A stretch of 64,000 nucleotides of DNA, taken from positions 21,824,001 to 21,888,000 of the forward strand of contig NC_043010.1 in NCBI RefSeq assembly GCF_006345805.1, read 5' to 3'. Position 1 is the stretch's first letter; every line of letters begins with the position of its first letter. This document shows positions 61,972-64,000 of this stretch, one piece after another. The position numbers and the translations under genes are program-made. The DNA comes from Octopus sinensis (taxonomy: Eukaryota). The notes under the pieces were generated by a model. The model saw only the letters and a list, made by a program, of their open reading frames with translations. It had not been told where the DNA came from and did no database searches.

Positions 61972-64000
61972 AAACAAAAAAACCAGAAACAACAAAACCA
62001 GAAAACTACAGACCAATAACCTGCCTCCCTACTATGTTCAAGGCATTTACTGCAGTGATATCGCAAAGGCTGAACAAGCACCTGGACGAAAACAAACTGT
62101 TCCCAGAAGAGCAGAAAGGATGCCGCAAGGGCTCATATGGCTGTAAAGATCAACTAATGATTAATAAAGCCGTAACTGAAGACAGCCACAGAAAGAAGAA
62201 AGGCCTCAGTATGGCCTGGATTGACTACAAAAAGGCGTTTGATAGCATCCCCCACACATGGATCCTCGAAACACTAGCCATTAACAAAGTAGCACCAACA
62301 ATCATAAAATTCATAGAGCACTCTATGAATAAATGGCAAACAGTCCTACACCTCCAAACAAAAGAGGGACTCATGAAAACCAAAGACATCCCCATTAGAA
62401 GAGGAATATTCCAGGGAGACACGCTCTCTCCACTCCTTTTCTGCTTGGCACTGTCACCTCTATCTGATATGCTAAATAGAACTGGATGCGGATATAAATG
62501 TTACGGCAAAACGATCAGCCACCTTTTATATATGGATGACCTAAAACTATACGCTGCAAATGACAAACAGCTGGAAACACTATTAAAGACAGTTCATGGA
62601 TTTACCAAAGAAATAGATATGAAATTTGGATTAGAAAAATGCGCCAAAGTAACCATGAACAGAGGAAAACTAGTTAAGAGTAACAACATCACACTAGATA
62701 AAACCAATGAAATAAAAGAATTAGACCAAAGCCAAACTTACAAATACTTAGGAATCCATGAACTAGATAAAACACAACACACACACAAATGAAAGAGAAA
62801 ATAAAAAAAGAATATTATAGACGAGTTAGATCAATACTAAAAACAGAGCTCAATGCTAAAAACAAGATAATAGGTATCAACACTTTAGCTGTCCCAGTTA
62901 TAAGTTACAGCTACAATATCCTTAACTGGACACGAAATGAACTGTCCAAAATAGATAGGAAAACAAGAAAAATACTGACAGGATCTAGGATGCATCACCC
63001 AAAATCTGACATAGAAATATTATATATACAACGTATAAAAGGCGGTAGAGGCCTTATACAGCTGGAAAACTACTATAAAATAACCACCATAGGACTGCAA
63101 AAATACCTACTTCAGAAGGAAGGAAAACTGATCCAGATAGCAGCAAAACACGAGCAAAACAAAAAACTGTTCTCAGTATTTAAGGAAGCTGACAAATACA
63201 AACAAGAATCATACCACCTAATAAACACAAAGAAGAAGAAGAAGATGATGAAGAAACAACAAAAGCTATAAAACTAATGAAATCCAAACTAAAAATAGAA
63301 CAGCAACGAGCCATGATAAAACGATGGCAAGAAAAGCCCCTTCATGGTAAATACTGCACTAAACTAAACGCAAAAGAAATAGACAAAGAAAAATCCCAGC
63401 AATGTTGAGAAGCTCAGGACTCAAAGCAGAAACAGAGGGATTTTTAATTGCAGCACAAGACCAAAGCCTCCCCACCAGAAATTACCAAAAACATGTAATG
63501 AAAAGAAATATTACAAGTAACTGCAGAATATGTGGAGATGGACAAGAAACAATAAATCATATTATCTCTAGCTGCCCAGTCCTGGCTAAGAAGGAATATA
63601 TTCACAGACATGACAGAGTTGGAACCTACATACATTGGAAGCTATGCCAATATTATGGAATAACAACAGAAAAAGATGGTATAGGCACACACCAGAAAAG
63701 GTCACAGAAAACGAGAAAGCAACCATACTCTGGGATATGCCGATACACACAGATAGAGAAATTAAGGCCAACAGACCAGATATAGTTGTCAGAGATCATG
63801 AAGAAAAAAATGCTTTCTAATTGATGTATCAATACCGGCAGATGACAACGTGTCTCTAAAAGAAATGGAGAAACTCTCAAAATACAAAGACCTGGAAATA
63901 GAGGTAACTAGAATGTGGAACCTGAAAACAGAAACAATTCCTATCATAGTAGGCGCATTAGGCATGATAAAAAAATACTCAGACAAATACATAACAAAAA
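61972..64000 (+). mobile_element. 5'-truncated R4/Dong LINE, RT and RLE, lightly frameshifted, runs off the window
   Basis: NYRPITCLP, WIDYKKAFDSIPH, GIFQGDTLSPLLF, YMDDLKLY, CRICGDGQETINHIISSCP and RPDIVVRD across ORFs 62034-62792, 62789-63271 and 63402-63785. Confidence 0.97.

Overview
Eukaryotic, AT-rich, microsatellite- and transposon-saturated DNA. The repeat inventory (R4/Dong, RTE, Tx1 and Penelope-like retroelements, several tRNA-derived SINE families, Tc1/mariner and pogo/Tigger) best fits an octopus-type coleoid cephalopod; this is an inference from repeat content. There is no intact multi-exon gene or CRISPR array. One 100-N gap lies at 21736-21835. Most listed ORFs are microsatellite artefacts or decayed TE fragments. 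A few TE-free islands on the minus strand carry splice signals (43397, 42452, 31908, 28938, and a 9-nt cassette at 56180-56188), so the window may be intronic to a large minus-strand host gene that I cannot identify. Two unannotated structures stand out. (1) About a dozen type I hammerhead ribozyme (HHR) motifs from at least six sequence families, each with a different palindromic or near-palindromic stem III. Many sit in long fold-back inverted repeats (32895-33358, 35914-36868, 6110-6590). (2) Retroelements sorted by microsatellite: Dong LINEs and an unclassified 558-bp element chained in (TAA)n, one Tx1 family in (TATC)n and another ending in (TTA)n. All calls come from reading the sequence by eye; no database search was run.
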